A stretch of 64,000 nucleotides of DNA from Marsupella aquatica. Its lineage: Eukaryota; Plantae; Marchantiophyta. The stretch lies in NCBI GenBank assembly GCA_973895155.1, contig OZ316893.1:1798860-1862859 (forward strand). The letters are read 5' to 3'. The first letter of the stretch is position 1. Each line of letters begins with the position of its first letter. The translations under genes and the position numbers were made by a program. Shown here one piece after another: positions 24,049 through 36,667 of this stretch. The notes under the pieces were generated by a model. The model had not been told where the DNA came from, searched no databases, and worked only from the letters and a program-made list of their open reading frames with translations.

Positions 24049-25422
24049 GAGATCTACAAGGCAAGGCTTGTTGCCAAGGGGTTCACTCAAGAGAAAGGAG
24101 TGGATTACAATGAAGTCTTTTCACCGGTGGCTAAGTATTCCACAATTTGGATCTTGTGTCAGCTTGTTGTGTTTTTTGGTCTGGTGATGGATCAGATGGA
24201 TGTTGTTATTGCTTTTCTCTATGGCAACTTGGAAGAGTTGATCTTCATGAGACAGCCACTAGGCTTTATGAAGAAGGGCCAAGAGAACTTAGTTTGCAGA
24301 TTGCTCAAGTCCTTATATGGATTGAAGTAGTCTCCCAGACAGTGGAACAAGCGGTTTGATGATTTCATGTTTGCTCAAGGTTTTACAAGGATGGTGTATG
24401 ATCCTTGTGTGTATACAAAATCAGTCAAGAATGATGTATTTGGTTTCATCATTCTGGTGATCTATGTGGATGACATGCTAATTGTGGCTAAAGATCAATC
24501 TGAGGTTGACAGTCTCAAGGCAAAATTGAGTGTTGAATTCAGGATGAAGGATCTTGGTAAAGCCAACAGGATCTTAGGGATGGAGATTTTTAGGAACTCT
24601 GATACTGGACAGTTGTGCTTGAGTCAAGGCCAGTACGCGAGGAAAGTACTTGCACGATTCAACATGGAGAACTGCAAGCCAGTGAGTATTCCTTTAGCTT
24701 CACATTTCAAGTTATCATCGGCTTTCTCTCCTACGGATGCTGTGGAGAAAGGTCTGATGGCTAAGATTCCTTATGAGAAGGCAGTAGGCAGTCTGATGTA
24801 TTTGATGACTTGTACTAGGCCTGACTTAGCCCTAGCGATGGGCAAGGTTAGCAGATTCATGTCAAATCCAGGGAAGGTACATTGGGAAGCTGTGAAGTGG
24901 ATTCTCAGATATCTGAAGGGAACACAAGACTATGGATTACTATTTGATAACAGATCAGATAGAACGTTGGTTGACTATGTAGATTCTGACTATAGAGGCT
25001 GTCTGGACACAAGGATGTCTACAACTGGGTTTGTATACACTCTTGGAGGAGGATGTATCAATTGGAAATCTACCTTGCAGAAGTGCATATCTCAATCTAC
25101 TACAGAAGCAGAGTATGTTGCAGCAGCAGAAGCAGCAAAGGAAACAATTTGGTTGGACAAGTTGATCGCGGTGATGGGTTTAGAGCATGGAAAAATGACT
25201 CTAAACTGTGATAGTCATAGTGCTCTTCACTTGGTTGCTAACCAGGTGATGGATAGCACGGTGAAGCACATTGATATCAGGTACCATTTTATCAGGCAAG
25301 CAGTGTCTGATAAAACTTTTGAGCTAGTCAAGATTGTTGGAAAGCTCAATCCCGCTGATGCCTTTACCAAAGTGATTCCTTTGGAGAGTTTCTCAAGACA
25401 CCGTGCTACTTTGCAGGTTTAG
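24049..25422 (+). pseudogene. Copia pol fragment: reverse transcriptase plus RNase H
   Basis: YKARLVAKGFTQEKGVDYNEVFSPV..QMDV..AFLYG..KSLYGLK*SPRQW..YVDDML..CTRPDL..YVDSD..STTEAEY..CDS..KHIDIRYHF..NPADAFTK; premature stop at 24328-24330. Confidence 0.95.
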
Positions 25423-25638
25423 CAGTTGTAGTGCAAGTAGAATTATTTAGCAATGTGTGACTATTTGTATATGGATTACTCATTCCTGTTAGGCTACGAG
25501 TTAGTTCTAGTTAACCCTTAGTTAACCCTTGTGATTTTTAGGGGGAGACCTGGTTTGGTGATTGTCTAGAACTTCCCGCTGAGGATTCCATATGGTAGCA
25601 TTTAGTCCAGTCCACAAGACAAGAGTCAAGGGGGAGTT

Positions 25639-25982
25639 TGTTAGATATTGCTCTAGTCTTGTGACTCATGAGCTAACCACAGTTAGTCTAACTCAGGTTG
25701 GGACTTAGCTAATGTTAGCGGTAGTGTTGTTGTGTATATAGCCAGGGCTGATGCCAGACCCTGGTGGAACTTAGGCTCATTGTTATGGAAGTAGTTGAGA
25801 GATAGGGAGAGCTTGTGCTGTGGATGCTTGGTATGGCCGGTCGGCCTAGAGTGCAGTAAAGCTCTTGTGTGTTCCCGTGGACGTAGCCTCATGTGGAGGT
25901 GAACCATGTATCTCTCTGTGTCGACTATTGTGCGTTGGATGGTTCATGGGCTTGCCATTACGAATGTCGTCTATGCTTAACA
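25639..25982 (+). repeat. Copia 3' LTR
   Basis: Direct repeat of 22817-23160, followed by the TSD TGGAC. Confidence 0.97.
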
Positions 25983-26551
25983 TGGACCACTCATGGGGTC
26001 CTTCAAGCATATAACTCTGATTTTTCCATTTATAATTAGGAGAAGAATGTACATTTGAATCACCACTTCAGAAAGATTCTCTCTCCTTCTATTTAAATTA
26101 GTATATATAATTATCCTAAGCCTTTTAAATGAACTAATGTACTGTTTTTAGAACACTATGGAGAATAATGACCCCTGGAAACTCAAGTTTTTTGGGAGCA
26201 TTATATCACACAATACCCTGTATAATATATAGAGGACATTAGTATATACAAAAACAAAACATTACATGAAAAATAATTGCCACTCAAAATTGAACTAATA
26301 GAGAGCATTATATATCACAATGTATCGCATGACATTGATATATGTATATATGCAAAAACAACTCATTATATCACACAAACCATGTATAACCATAAACAAG
26401 TATATTTCTCTTTATACTTTTAAGGGCATTTTTGGAGGAGGATGCATAATACAGATTTGGATCAGTATATCAAATCAGTGAATTTTTTGAAGCGGCTATA
26501 TGGTGAATGCACATTTCAGATTTTGTCTTATTCAGATTTTTGTGTCATGTA

Positions 26552-26747
26552 TTTTCATTTCAATCTGCCTTATCAAGGGGCAGCCTTTGTATTCTATACA
26601 TTTTTTATTAATTTTTAGACCCCTATAGTTTTAGGTATTCTAGAGTGTTTTCATTTCAATCTGCCTTATCAAGGGGCAGCCTTTGTATTCTATACATTTT
26701 TTATTAATTTTTAGACCCCTGTAGTTTTAGGTATTCTAGAGTGTTTT
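26552..26747. repeat. Near-perfect tandem duplication, 96-bp unit
   Basis: TTTTCATTTCAATCTGCCTTATCAAGGGGCAGCC...GGTATTCTAGAGTGTTTT occurs twice with about one mismatch. Confidence 0.9.
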
Positions 26748-27559
26748 GAACTTATTTTAGTAGCCCTCTTTTTTCACAGTATGTGTTTTATTAGAGATGA
26801 AAACAAAGGTTCCACCACCACGAGTGAGAGAATTGATGTTGAAGAACATGAATGCATAGCCTCTTAAGTTCTCCTCATGTTTTTCTTTCCTAAGTTTATG
26901 GTTTTTATTGAAAGGAGTGTCATTCATAAGGCACCCTGAGTTAAGTGCACACATCGTAGCATCGTTTGACTGTACCTTTTCTTGGTCACTGTGCTTTTCT
27001 TGGCAGACACTTTACTTGTATAACAACACTTCTATGCTCTCATATTTTATTTACTTTCAGATCACTACAAGAAAAAAAATAAAGCATGTTCCAGGATGAG
27101 CATGCTATATCAAATCTCCTCTACTTTTAGTAAAGATTCATGAGGATAAAAGTCTTTCAGTGTGTGAAGCTACTCCTACCGGAACCTTATGGGAATGCGG
27201 CCCTCAAAACTCAAGCTGAAACTCTCTTTTCTGGGGTATTTAATTAGTAGTGACAATCAGGTTTGCAAAAACAAAAATTAGTATAATTTGGGTCATTGCT
27301 TTTAACGTAAAAACTGACATCTTGAGAAATTATTTATGGGATGCATTATACTTTCAAAGGTGGACTATTGTGGTTTTGTGTCGGGCATAGTCCCTTGTGT
27401 ACTCAAGGCTGAGCTTTCAAGACCCTCATGCACAACATAATTTTGAGGCACTTTATTTTTTCTGCCAAGGTGGCAAAAATGTCACTTGTGTAGAAATATT
27501 TTTATCTAATCTTCCTAGACTAATTTATGATAGTCTGATCTCCTTAGATTGATAATAGC

Positions 27560-27920
27560 CACTACATGAAACTGGCTGATGGAAGACAAAAAACCTAGCT
27601 CTTATTTTGCCAAAAGTGGCCAAGACTTTTCAAAGAGGGGGAATCTAGTGAATTTTCACCACTACAAAAAATTATCCTATGTAATTCTTAAGGTTTTTTC
27701 TTTCTTGTGAGGGCAGCAATTGTGACCTTGCCTGAAGAGAAGATGCAAGGAACATTCCTTATCTAATTCTCCTAAATGAATTTATGAGGGCCAAACATTC
27801 CTATAGGTAAGGACAATCACTAGATTCTGGTTACTGGGCCTTGGGTAGGTGTGAAACTGGCTAATGCAAGACCAAAAACCTTGCTAATTTTTGCTCAAAG
27901 GGGCAAAGACTCTTCAGAGA
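27560..27920. repeat. Diverged repeat of about 285-bp period; related inverted copy at about 36160-36280
   Basis: GAAACTGGCT.ATG.AAGAC.AAAAACCT.GCT..TTTTGC..AAAG.GGC.AAGACT.TTCA occurs at about 27568 and 27852. The reverse complement of 36160-36280 has AGATTCTGGTTA..GG.TAGGTG.G.AACTGG..AAAAGTGGCAAAGACTTT. Confidence 0.55.
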
Positions 27921-28560
27921 ACTAGAATCGGGCAAATTCTGCCACTAAGAAAAATGCTCCCCGCAGACTTCTTTGGACCACCAGATGACAAGGCATTGCT
28001 TGCCAAACTAGAATTTTGTGTGAATGAATACAATAAAGTGTCTAAAAGCTACATTTTTTGCAGTCCATTGGCTGATGGTCACCACTAAACATGCTAGAAT
28101 TCATGGAAATGTGACTGTGAACTTGTTGGCTGTAACTAATCTTGATAAGCTATTGACCAGAACACATATACACAGGTTAATTTGGCAAAAACAAGGGCAA
28201 AAATAAAATTGAAAGGTTGTCACATCACCAGAAAGTGCTAATAGCCAGTTACCCTTCATGGGAACAAGTCATTTACCATGTGAAAAAAGGCTTGACATGG
28301 CAGTTTAACCCAGCACTGGCCATGTGAGCCAGAAACACCAAAGTCCAGACACCTCATTCAACCTCCTCTTCCAGGACACTAGCACCAGGTGAATTTTGCT
28401 ATCATTCATAGTCCTATAGCTAGAAGCCTGGTGGATCAATGTTTTAGAGATGGACAGTGGTGGATTAAGCAGATCGTAAAATAACTCTGGAGGATGAGTT
28501 GATGTAAAGGGTGACTCACCCTGCCAGCTTATTATAGGAGGACCAATAAGGGCATTAACA

Positions 28561-28902
28561 TATTGAGCATAGGCGACAATCGCAACGGTAAGCACATGAC
28601 ACATCCAACGATCAAGTAGTCGACACAAGATATATGTGGTTCACCTCCTCGAGGCTACGTCCACGGGAACACACAAGAGAGCTTTACTGAACTCTAAGCC
28701 CGTCGGCCATACCAAGTCTCCACAGTGTAAGCTCTCCTCATCTCTCAAGTGACTCATAACAATGAGCCTAAGTTCCACTTATCCAAGAAAACACCACTTG
28801 GCATACAGTGGGCATCCTAGTTAACCTAACCACGTCTCTGACTATAGTTAGCCTAACCACGATTACATGTCGTAGGCCTAGACCTTGAGTAAATACCTAA
28901 CA
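28561..28902 (-). mobile_element. Solo LTR related to the Copia LTRs at 22817/25639
   Basis: The reverse complement starts TGTTAGGTATT and shares GTGGAACTTAGGCTCATTGTTA, TTGGTATGGCCG, TGTGTTCCCGTGGACGTAGCCTC and GTCGACTA with those LTRs. It is 342 bp and flanked by the 5-bp direct repeat TAACA (28556-28560, 28903-28907). Confidence 0.9.
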
Positions 28903-29411
28903 TAACAACTCATATTTTGTTTTCTTACAACTTTACATGCATACAAAGCCTATTCCAATTGGAGTGAAGTTGTTCTAAATTGAACAAGTTGGAGGTCCCA
29001 AGTTAGTTAGAGTGGAGACTCCAATAGTTATGCACATTGGCACCACCAACCTTCATCCCCTTTGAAAATTATTCTCAGCCTGAAATTTTTACAAGGTGCT
29101 TAAATTCTTGAATGTTGGTCTAGTGAGGACCCTCATTGTGAGTCCTCCTTTGTATTTTCATGAAGCTTATGGGCCATAACTCCCTCACCATCATTGCCCA
29201 GGATTCCCTGGTTTAAATCTGTGTGTTATTAGCAAGGCTCAAGGCCACTACTCCCAAGCGTAGTGATATTCACTAACTCTCTAGGTGTACACTTTGTAGC
29301 TCATCCTTCTTTTGGGGACATAGCTTATAACCCTCTCATGCTGACTGCCGTTGATGATAGCAGTCCATAACTTCTTTAAGAGAATGGGTTGCCCTACACA
29401 ACATTGAATAT

Positions 29412-31406
29412 TGTGACAGGGCCCCAAACCCGGTAGTAAGTTAGTGATGACTTATAATTGTGTATATAAATAGAAACACAAGTAGGTGTAGCAAAAGTGT
29501 TTGGATTTTCAAATTTTTTATTTTTGTTAATTCTAAAAAATTGATGCGACAACCAGAGGCCGGAGTTGAGAGGGGTGTCGGGTGGTGATGGATGACAATG
29601 GAGCCATTGAGGGGTACATGGAGGCCAAGGTGTGGGCATCTCGGAGGGGTGGGGGACTGACCGGAGGCTCCACATAATGCGCAAACCGAGAATAATGACC
29701 AAAATATAGAAAATGTTAAAACTTGAAACAGACATTGTTGCGCTAGTACTATTCCAAACATGGTCATGTTTGGATTCACTTTGAAGCTCTCAATGAGCCC
29801 CATACAAAACTAGTTAAGGTTAGGTCTGTATCAAATAGTGACATCTTGAGAAACCTCAATGCCCGTAAAACGACAAAATTAGGCAATCTTAGAGTAGTGA
29901 TGGTGGGAGGGCCCTTAAAAGAAAGGGGTTCTCATACTTGTGTTCCCCTTTCCCCTTTCACCCTTTGTGTGGTCCTCACATGTTTTTGCTCTCCTTCCCG
30001 TCACACTCCATAGAAGGGGCTCTCACATTTTCCCTTCCCCACTCCCTAGAAGGGGCCCCACAATTTCTTCCTTCCATTTTTCTCTTTTCTCACTTGTATG
30101 TACGTACCCTGGTTGTACGAACATCACATTTTTTACCATCTCAGAATCAGGAGTTTACAGGCTTGTTGGAAAGAGCTCGTTGAGCCAAATCCATTGATGT
30201 GTCACGCGGCCAAAACGGAGCTAAAATGGAGGAGATATAATAGATCGAGTTTTTTGAGAATACGAGAGTTTTGAGGCCGTACGGACGTCCGTATTGCAGG
30301 AGGGCTTGGCTTTCCAAGAAGGAGGGAGTAGCAGCATGTACAGGGATCCGTGATCCGTGTTTTGCAAAGCTGGGGCGGTGTGTTGTATGGATGTAGAGGA
30401 GGGAGATGGTGCCCTGATTATCGTAAAAATGTAAATATTCATGACTGAATCGTTTGACCTCCGTTTTGTACGCCATTTACGGAGCCATGATCAGGAAGAG
30501 CAGGTCTCCTCAGATATTTTTTTAGAAGTGAATTCTGAGAATATTTTAGTCTCAAAGATTGTTGGCCCCCCTCCTTTTACCGCGAACTAGTGGTGGCGAT
30601 GAGGAGGACTAGTAGGTTGTATGGATGTTAGCCATACAAATTTTCATTATTGACACATCTCATAATGGTCAACTCACAGGATTGTTGGAAGGAGCTCGAG
30701 GAGCCAACTCTGGCAAGGTGCGGCGCATCCCAAATGGAGCCAAGACGGATAAGTTATGAGTCCAGGAGTTTTGGTAGTTTTACGGATTGAGATCCCCGTA
30801 ACTCAATGATCAGGAGGAGCAGGGCTACCCAGGGGGCTCATCAGAGGAGTAGTTAGAATGGTCTTAGGTTTTGACCATGGTAGGGCTCATTCACTTTTCA
30901 TGGGCTACGGATTGTTGTTGGCACCATCGGTTCCGTAGTTAGGTTAGGGTTTAGGTAGCATGTGTGTGCCGCATGTTTTAGGTTAGTGGATTTCTTGAAT
31001 AGGGTTTTGGCGGCACTGCTAGGGTAGCCGCCGTTATTGTGACCCATGAGGGGTGCTTTGGTGTGGTTGGAGTATTTAGGAGGGAGCCCCGTTATGGATG
31101 GGGGGGGGACTCAATCTAGTGTTTGTTTAGGGAAGTTATCTCATAGCCAGAAGAGGGCATCAAGCCAGAGTAGTGAGGTAGAGACGTAGCACTTGTCCGA
31201 GCGAGGCAAGAGTTGGGCAGACGACACGAGGCTGGGTTGTCCTTGTAATGGTTACGATTGTTCACCCAAAGATATGGATTTGGTTTGATTCCTGAAGTTT
31301 TGGTGTGACGTTAGCTTTTCTGTCATGATTGTGTTCTTTCCCCAAGAAGTTTCTAAGGAATCCTTGCATGGGTCGGTCGACCATGTGAGTAGGAGGGGTG
31401 GTCACA
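29412..31406 (-). mobile_element. Probable 2-kb LTR of a Gypsy-type retrotransposon (3' LTR of a truncated element)
   Basis: Termini TGTGAC..GTCACA; on the minus strand it is preceded by the PPT-like CTGGTGGAGTGT. An internal duplicated motif TTGTTGGAA.GAGCTCG..GAGCCAA (about 30165, 30682) resembles plant chromovirus LTR motifs. No TSD match. Confidence 0.55.
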
Positions 31407-34400
31407 ACACTCCACCAGCGGCCAGCAGGAGTGAGTGTGGTGTTGTCCATGGGACTTGATCAAAAGTAGAGAGGCTAGTCGGTAGACTTGATAAAAAATT
31501 ACATTTCCGGGAGCAAAAATAAACATACGAGTCATCCTACATGCAATATAATCCAAATAGCATCCCTCCACGTTCCCGTCATACAATAACAAACAATTTT
31601 AGTAGAAGAAAATATGTAATTGTTGTATAAATCGTTTGATAAGCAAGTGACAAATATTGTGTGAAAGAACACAATGTTGAAGGGAAGCCTGGGTGTACAA
31701 GGGGCCCTCATTTGGTTCCTTCAGGAGACATTAGCTTCGGTTGAGATATAGTGTAGGTAAGCGTCTTAAGAGTGAGCTTAAGAGGCACTAACATAACCAC
31801 GGAGGCAGTTCTACCAACTATTTATTTTGAAAATTAAAAGAGAAAAAGGTCATTAAGAGGCACTTTACATGACCAAGGAGGCTGTTTGAGCCCAAATTCA
31901 AATCTAATCCACTACCAGCTTTGTGTACTAGGATGCATTCATTGGACCAAAACCATTATGAGTTTTTGTGGATCTAACTGAAGTTTTTTATATCTAATGG
32001 GCCCATTTGAGAGTTAGATAATAACAAATGCAAGTTTCTTAAGAGGCACGTACACAACCATTGAGGCAAAGCCTAAAGGTGGTCCACCCTTTTGGCGCAA
32101 AGCTCACACCTCATAAGCTTAGGTATCATTCAATTCCATTGCAGGAAGAATGGGAATAGTATTTCCACACTTTCATAAATAAATGGACAAGATTTGATAG
32201 ATCAACAAACTCACCCAAATTTTTGTCCTATGCAATTAAAGTGTCTTTGACAATGAACCATCTTGGCTAATTGGTGGTAGCTTGTGAGTTTACAATGTCC
32301 CAAACCATGGGTTAAATTCCAGCGAGGTCTGGCTGTAGTGTTTGTAGTGTTTGTTGTGTTGTTGTGTGCAAACAGGTGTATAATATGTGGATTACCCAAT
32401 ACATGCCCATTTATTCATACCATGCTACCCAAAATTGTGCCAAAACCTAAGTTTCCCTTTCCCCATAAACTAATTTAATTAGAGTATTGCAGAATAGGAC
32501 TGCAATAAATAACAAAAATAGTTGGAATGTGCCAACAAAGATTAATCAATGGGGGCAACTTACCTAATGAAATTGGTTATAGGAGCAATATTGTACTATT
32601 TATGGCTAACTCAGAAAATTATAAACTATTCTAACCCTCTTAATTAAAAGAGTAAACTTGTCCTTGGTACTTGAGGAGTCCTGACCCTAAAGAATAAGAT
32701 GGTGTAAGGCCCTCTAAAAGCTAGAGCATGAACGCCTATTTGTGGCCATTGGAAAAGCTTGAGTAGGTGGGGGCCCTGGTGCCCCTTCCTGCTACCGTAT
32801 TGCTTTTCAGTTCCAGTGGGAGAATTGAAAGAGATTTTTATTGTGGTACGGGTTAGAGTTGTCAAAGACAAGTAAAACAATGTTCAGAAGAGTAGTGTCA
32901 TAGAATGCTTTCGTTCCATTTGTACTTTTTTTTTCTTTCCAAAGGCCAACACGTTGCACTTAAATGTGACATGAAATAAAAGACATCATTCCTAAATTAT
33001 CAGTAGTACATTACGATACTTTCATGTCTATAGTTCAAACGATCATTACATCTGTCACACAATGTTTCTTAGAAAAAATTCCGTTTCGGTACCAAAGGAA
33101 CTGAGATGAGTGATATCCAATCTGAAGTTCAGATAGACAAAGATATTTTTACTACCCATAACTTCATATTTAACCCCAGATTTAACCACCTATCAGCTTA
33201 AAGTCATTTCTAGGCCTGGGATGTGATTTGGCACATGATAAGGTTTTGTGTGCCTCGATCAGCAAAATATTACCGGATTATAGCACAGAGTCGACATGCG
33301 AAGTGTTTCTGAAAGTTAGAGCCAATAATGAAAGTAATCCTATGGTAGACTCCCAATTCATGAGGTATACTTTGAGGAATTGCACAGACTGGTAAGTAAT
33401 AATACCATTCCAACACCATTTGAGCCGGGATTTACATCAGGATGTTTTCATGGAAAATTCTACAGTTTTTTGGAATCCTATCAGAAAAGTTCATTGAAAA
33501 TGCTGTCGATTCATTTTCCGTCAAACATAATGGTATCAATTAGATTTTCTTAGATCATTTTCTCTATTTTCAATCAGCATAAAAATGGTCAAAATACCAC
33601 AAATTATGATTTCACTTAAGACTAATAACTTTCACATGAGTCAAATGAAAACAGGTGTTTCTCCAGTAGTGGCATGACGTTTTGACGGGGTTGAAGTTCA
33701 AGTCTGTCAAGCTGTTATGCCACCAAGGAGACCCATTGGATAATGTAATTGAAATAGGCTGCAAATGGTAAGGAGACTATTCGCAGGTCACCTTTCATAC
33801 AAGTGTAAACAATGTTATTCGAGTTGATTTCAACATTCTTAGCAGTCCAAACTTTGCCAGTCCATGTGGGCTTTACACACAATGTGGCAGTCCTTCCGAG
33901 CTTCTTTTTCACAGATTTGAGTGAATAAAATTTCCCCTTTGGACAAAATATTCCTGTGGGCCAAGATTTCAGCCACTTGTGCGGCTGAAACTCTAGGGGT
34001 GAGGGTGGTCCCTTCTTAAAAACAATAGAAATATATCTACCTTGCAAAGTGACAGAAATGTGGCTTGTACATAACTTTTGGGGAGGGGAGGGGAGGACAG
34101 GGGAGACATGGAGTGGGGACAGATCTTGTGTCCCTACCCGAACCCCAGGGTCCCATTGGATGGAGTACTAGTCAGACAATATATGCTAGCCACGCAATGC
34201 AATGAGACGGATGGACATCCTTTTTAGAAATTTAGGCAGATGATTATTAACATACTATCCTCCACCACCCTTGCGAGCACCTTTTGTCCCAAAGTGAGGT
34301 GACGGGTCCCCTCATTCCATAACCGTCAATCTCTTTTGTGCCATACAAAACAGATCCCAACTTTTCCCTGAGAATGATCTACAGTGGTTGGATTCATGGT

Positions 34401-35508
34401 CACCTAGTGACATCATCTAAAAACTGTTATTCTTGGGGAGGGGAAGGTACCTCACGAAGAACATAGGTAGAAGAGTCATGGAATGCAACTGTTACTAACA
34501 AGTAAAGCACAATACAATCTGATTCAATTCCAGGCCAAATACTGGCGATGGGTTATGCTCCAATTCAGGTAGGATTATGATGTTCTGCTCCATAAGCACT
34601 TGTGGCTGTGTAGAAATTAACATGAAAATAGAAAAGTAGAAACGAGAGGCTTGCCCCTTCAGCAAGCTAATTGTATGGCTTGCTCATGGGCGGTTTCCCT
34701 TTGTTAAGAAAACACAATACCAGAGAGAGCTCACCCACAAGAAGGAGAGTTGAGGAGCCATTTACCCATGTTGTCTAAAATAGATCCAATTATGAAGGTC
34801 ATGGAAAATATTTTGTCTTGATCCAATGATCCCAAATTTCTGGTCTCCTTCTTGGCTTATGGGTAGAGAGACAGATAGTTTTTCTCCAAAACAACCCCCA
34901 AAGTGGAACAAAGGTGGCAAAAAGTGGTACACTTCAACAGAACTGCTCATGATTGTGCTCAAACTAGTGCCCAACCTTTTTTTGCGATGGGAGAGTGGCT
35001 ATATGAAACTTTTTATTTTAAGAGTCCAACCAAACACTACAAGCTAGGGAGAACTTGTAAAGTCTAGCAAGATCTGATGAACATGTGTTATGTCGCAGAC
35101 TCGCAGGACTATACTATCACAGGAATGTCAAATTTTGGGCCACGCACTATTTATGGAAATGGCTGTCGTCAAACTTGGCCTCAATGACGACAGGCTTATA
35201 ATTTTGAGGCAGTCAAATGTGGCTATTCAATTGTATCACCTTTCTCCCTGATGGTGACTTTTTCCAAAGGACAGAAGATGAAATCCAGCAATAGTCAATG
35301 CCATGATAAGCGACTCATAGGTGGCTCTTGGTCATGGTTAATATTAGAGCTACGAGTATTCAAGTTATAGACCTTATGATAATTTTGCCAAAGTCTGTGG
35401 CTAGTACTTAGGCAAAGCAACATTCAGGATTATCTCAGTACACTTGGCATAATTTTCAAGATTTGAATACTGCAGGAGAAGTCTGGAAGATGATTTCACC
35501 CTATGTAA

Positions 35509-35719
35509 CAGCGTATTTTTTAATGGTTTTTGGGTTTTAGCCAGTGTGGCAAATGTCACCAGCTTTAAGGGCAGAGATGCTAGGAATGTACTTTATCAAT
35601 TTTCCTGGATTTATGTCCTGATCATCAGATATCCCTAGATTTATGGACATTTTTTTTTTTGGGGGGGGGGGGGGGAGGGGGCGGAATTTGGCAAAAATTT
35701 GCACCTAAAAAATACGCTG
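35509..35719. mobile_element. hAT-type MITE (211 bp)
   Basis: Perfect 14-bp TIR CAGCGTATTTTTTA / TAAAAAATACGCTG; flanking 8-mers CTATGTAA / CTGTGCAA (6 of 8, decayed TSD); internal poly-T/poly-G run. Confidence 0.8.
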
Positions 35720-36667
35720 CTGTGCAAGTATAAGGGAACAGGACTGGTGGGGATCCGACCCATTGTCGCCCCTTGGGTTGTAGGGTAGTCCCTTAGGCTC
35801 CCTTGCAAAATAGCCAAACAAATCCGTTTGCTTGAGGCTAGGACAAACTTGTGTAGGATCAGGGCTCAACAAGGGTAATATCATGGTTGGTTTGGATGCA
35901 AGGGAGACACAATATTGGAGGGAAGAAATTTTCTCCCTGGATGGCCTGCATTGCCCCCCTACAAATGCCTTGTTAATGGGCTAGACATTGCCGAGACAGG
36001 TGCAACATTGAAAAGGTCAACCCGAGTGACTACATTATGGGCATTAGGGCCTTGTTTTGTGCGTGGGGCCAACAATCAATATGGGATGACTGCTAGAGCC
36101 ACTTTGAGCAGCCTTTCCCTAAGAGGCAAAAAGTTGCACATTCTACATCATTGTCACTGAAAGTCTTTGCCACTTTTAGTCAGGCTTTTTGTCATAGAGT
36201 ATCCAGTTCCCCACCTAGCCACATATCCAATTAACCAGAATCTGATGGTTATCCCTAAATCCAGGTAGACCTAATGGTCATAAATCAACTTAGTGAATGT
36301 TTAGAAGAAAAGTCTTAGCATCTTCTCCTTTGACATAGGGGGCCACCCTGGCCATACAGAAAAGAAACAATCTTGAAAATTACCCTGACGTCTATCCTTG
36401 TTGTAGTGTGGCTTTTGGGGGTAACTTAGTAAAGCACTATGTACACATTGTAATATCCAATCTCGCTCATTACTGCAGATAGCTGGTTACAGCGGACAGA
36501 ATCCTGGGTGTTTTTCCTCATTGTTGGATCATCCAAAAACACTTCCCTGTGCACCTTCCCAACCTCCCAATGTGCCCTCTAGCTCACCTTTCGTGCCTCG
36601 CCCTGAATAATCATGCAACTCAGGAGGGCCGAAGTGACAGGGGGTCTCAAATATAAGCCCGGAACAT

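Larger units (their letters stand above)
22817..25982 (+). mobile_element. Internally deleted Ty1/Copia LTR retrotransposon
   Basis: 344-bp TG..CA LTRs at 22817-23160 and 25639-25982; 5-bp TSD TGGAC on both flanks; PBS-like TGGTAT at 23163; PPT AAGGGGGAG before the 3' LTR; RT-RNaseH present, gag/protease/integrase absent. Confidence 0.97.
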
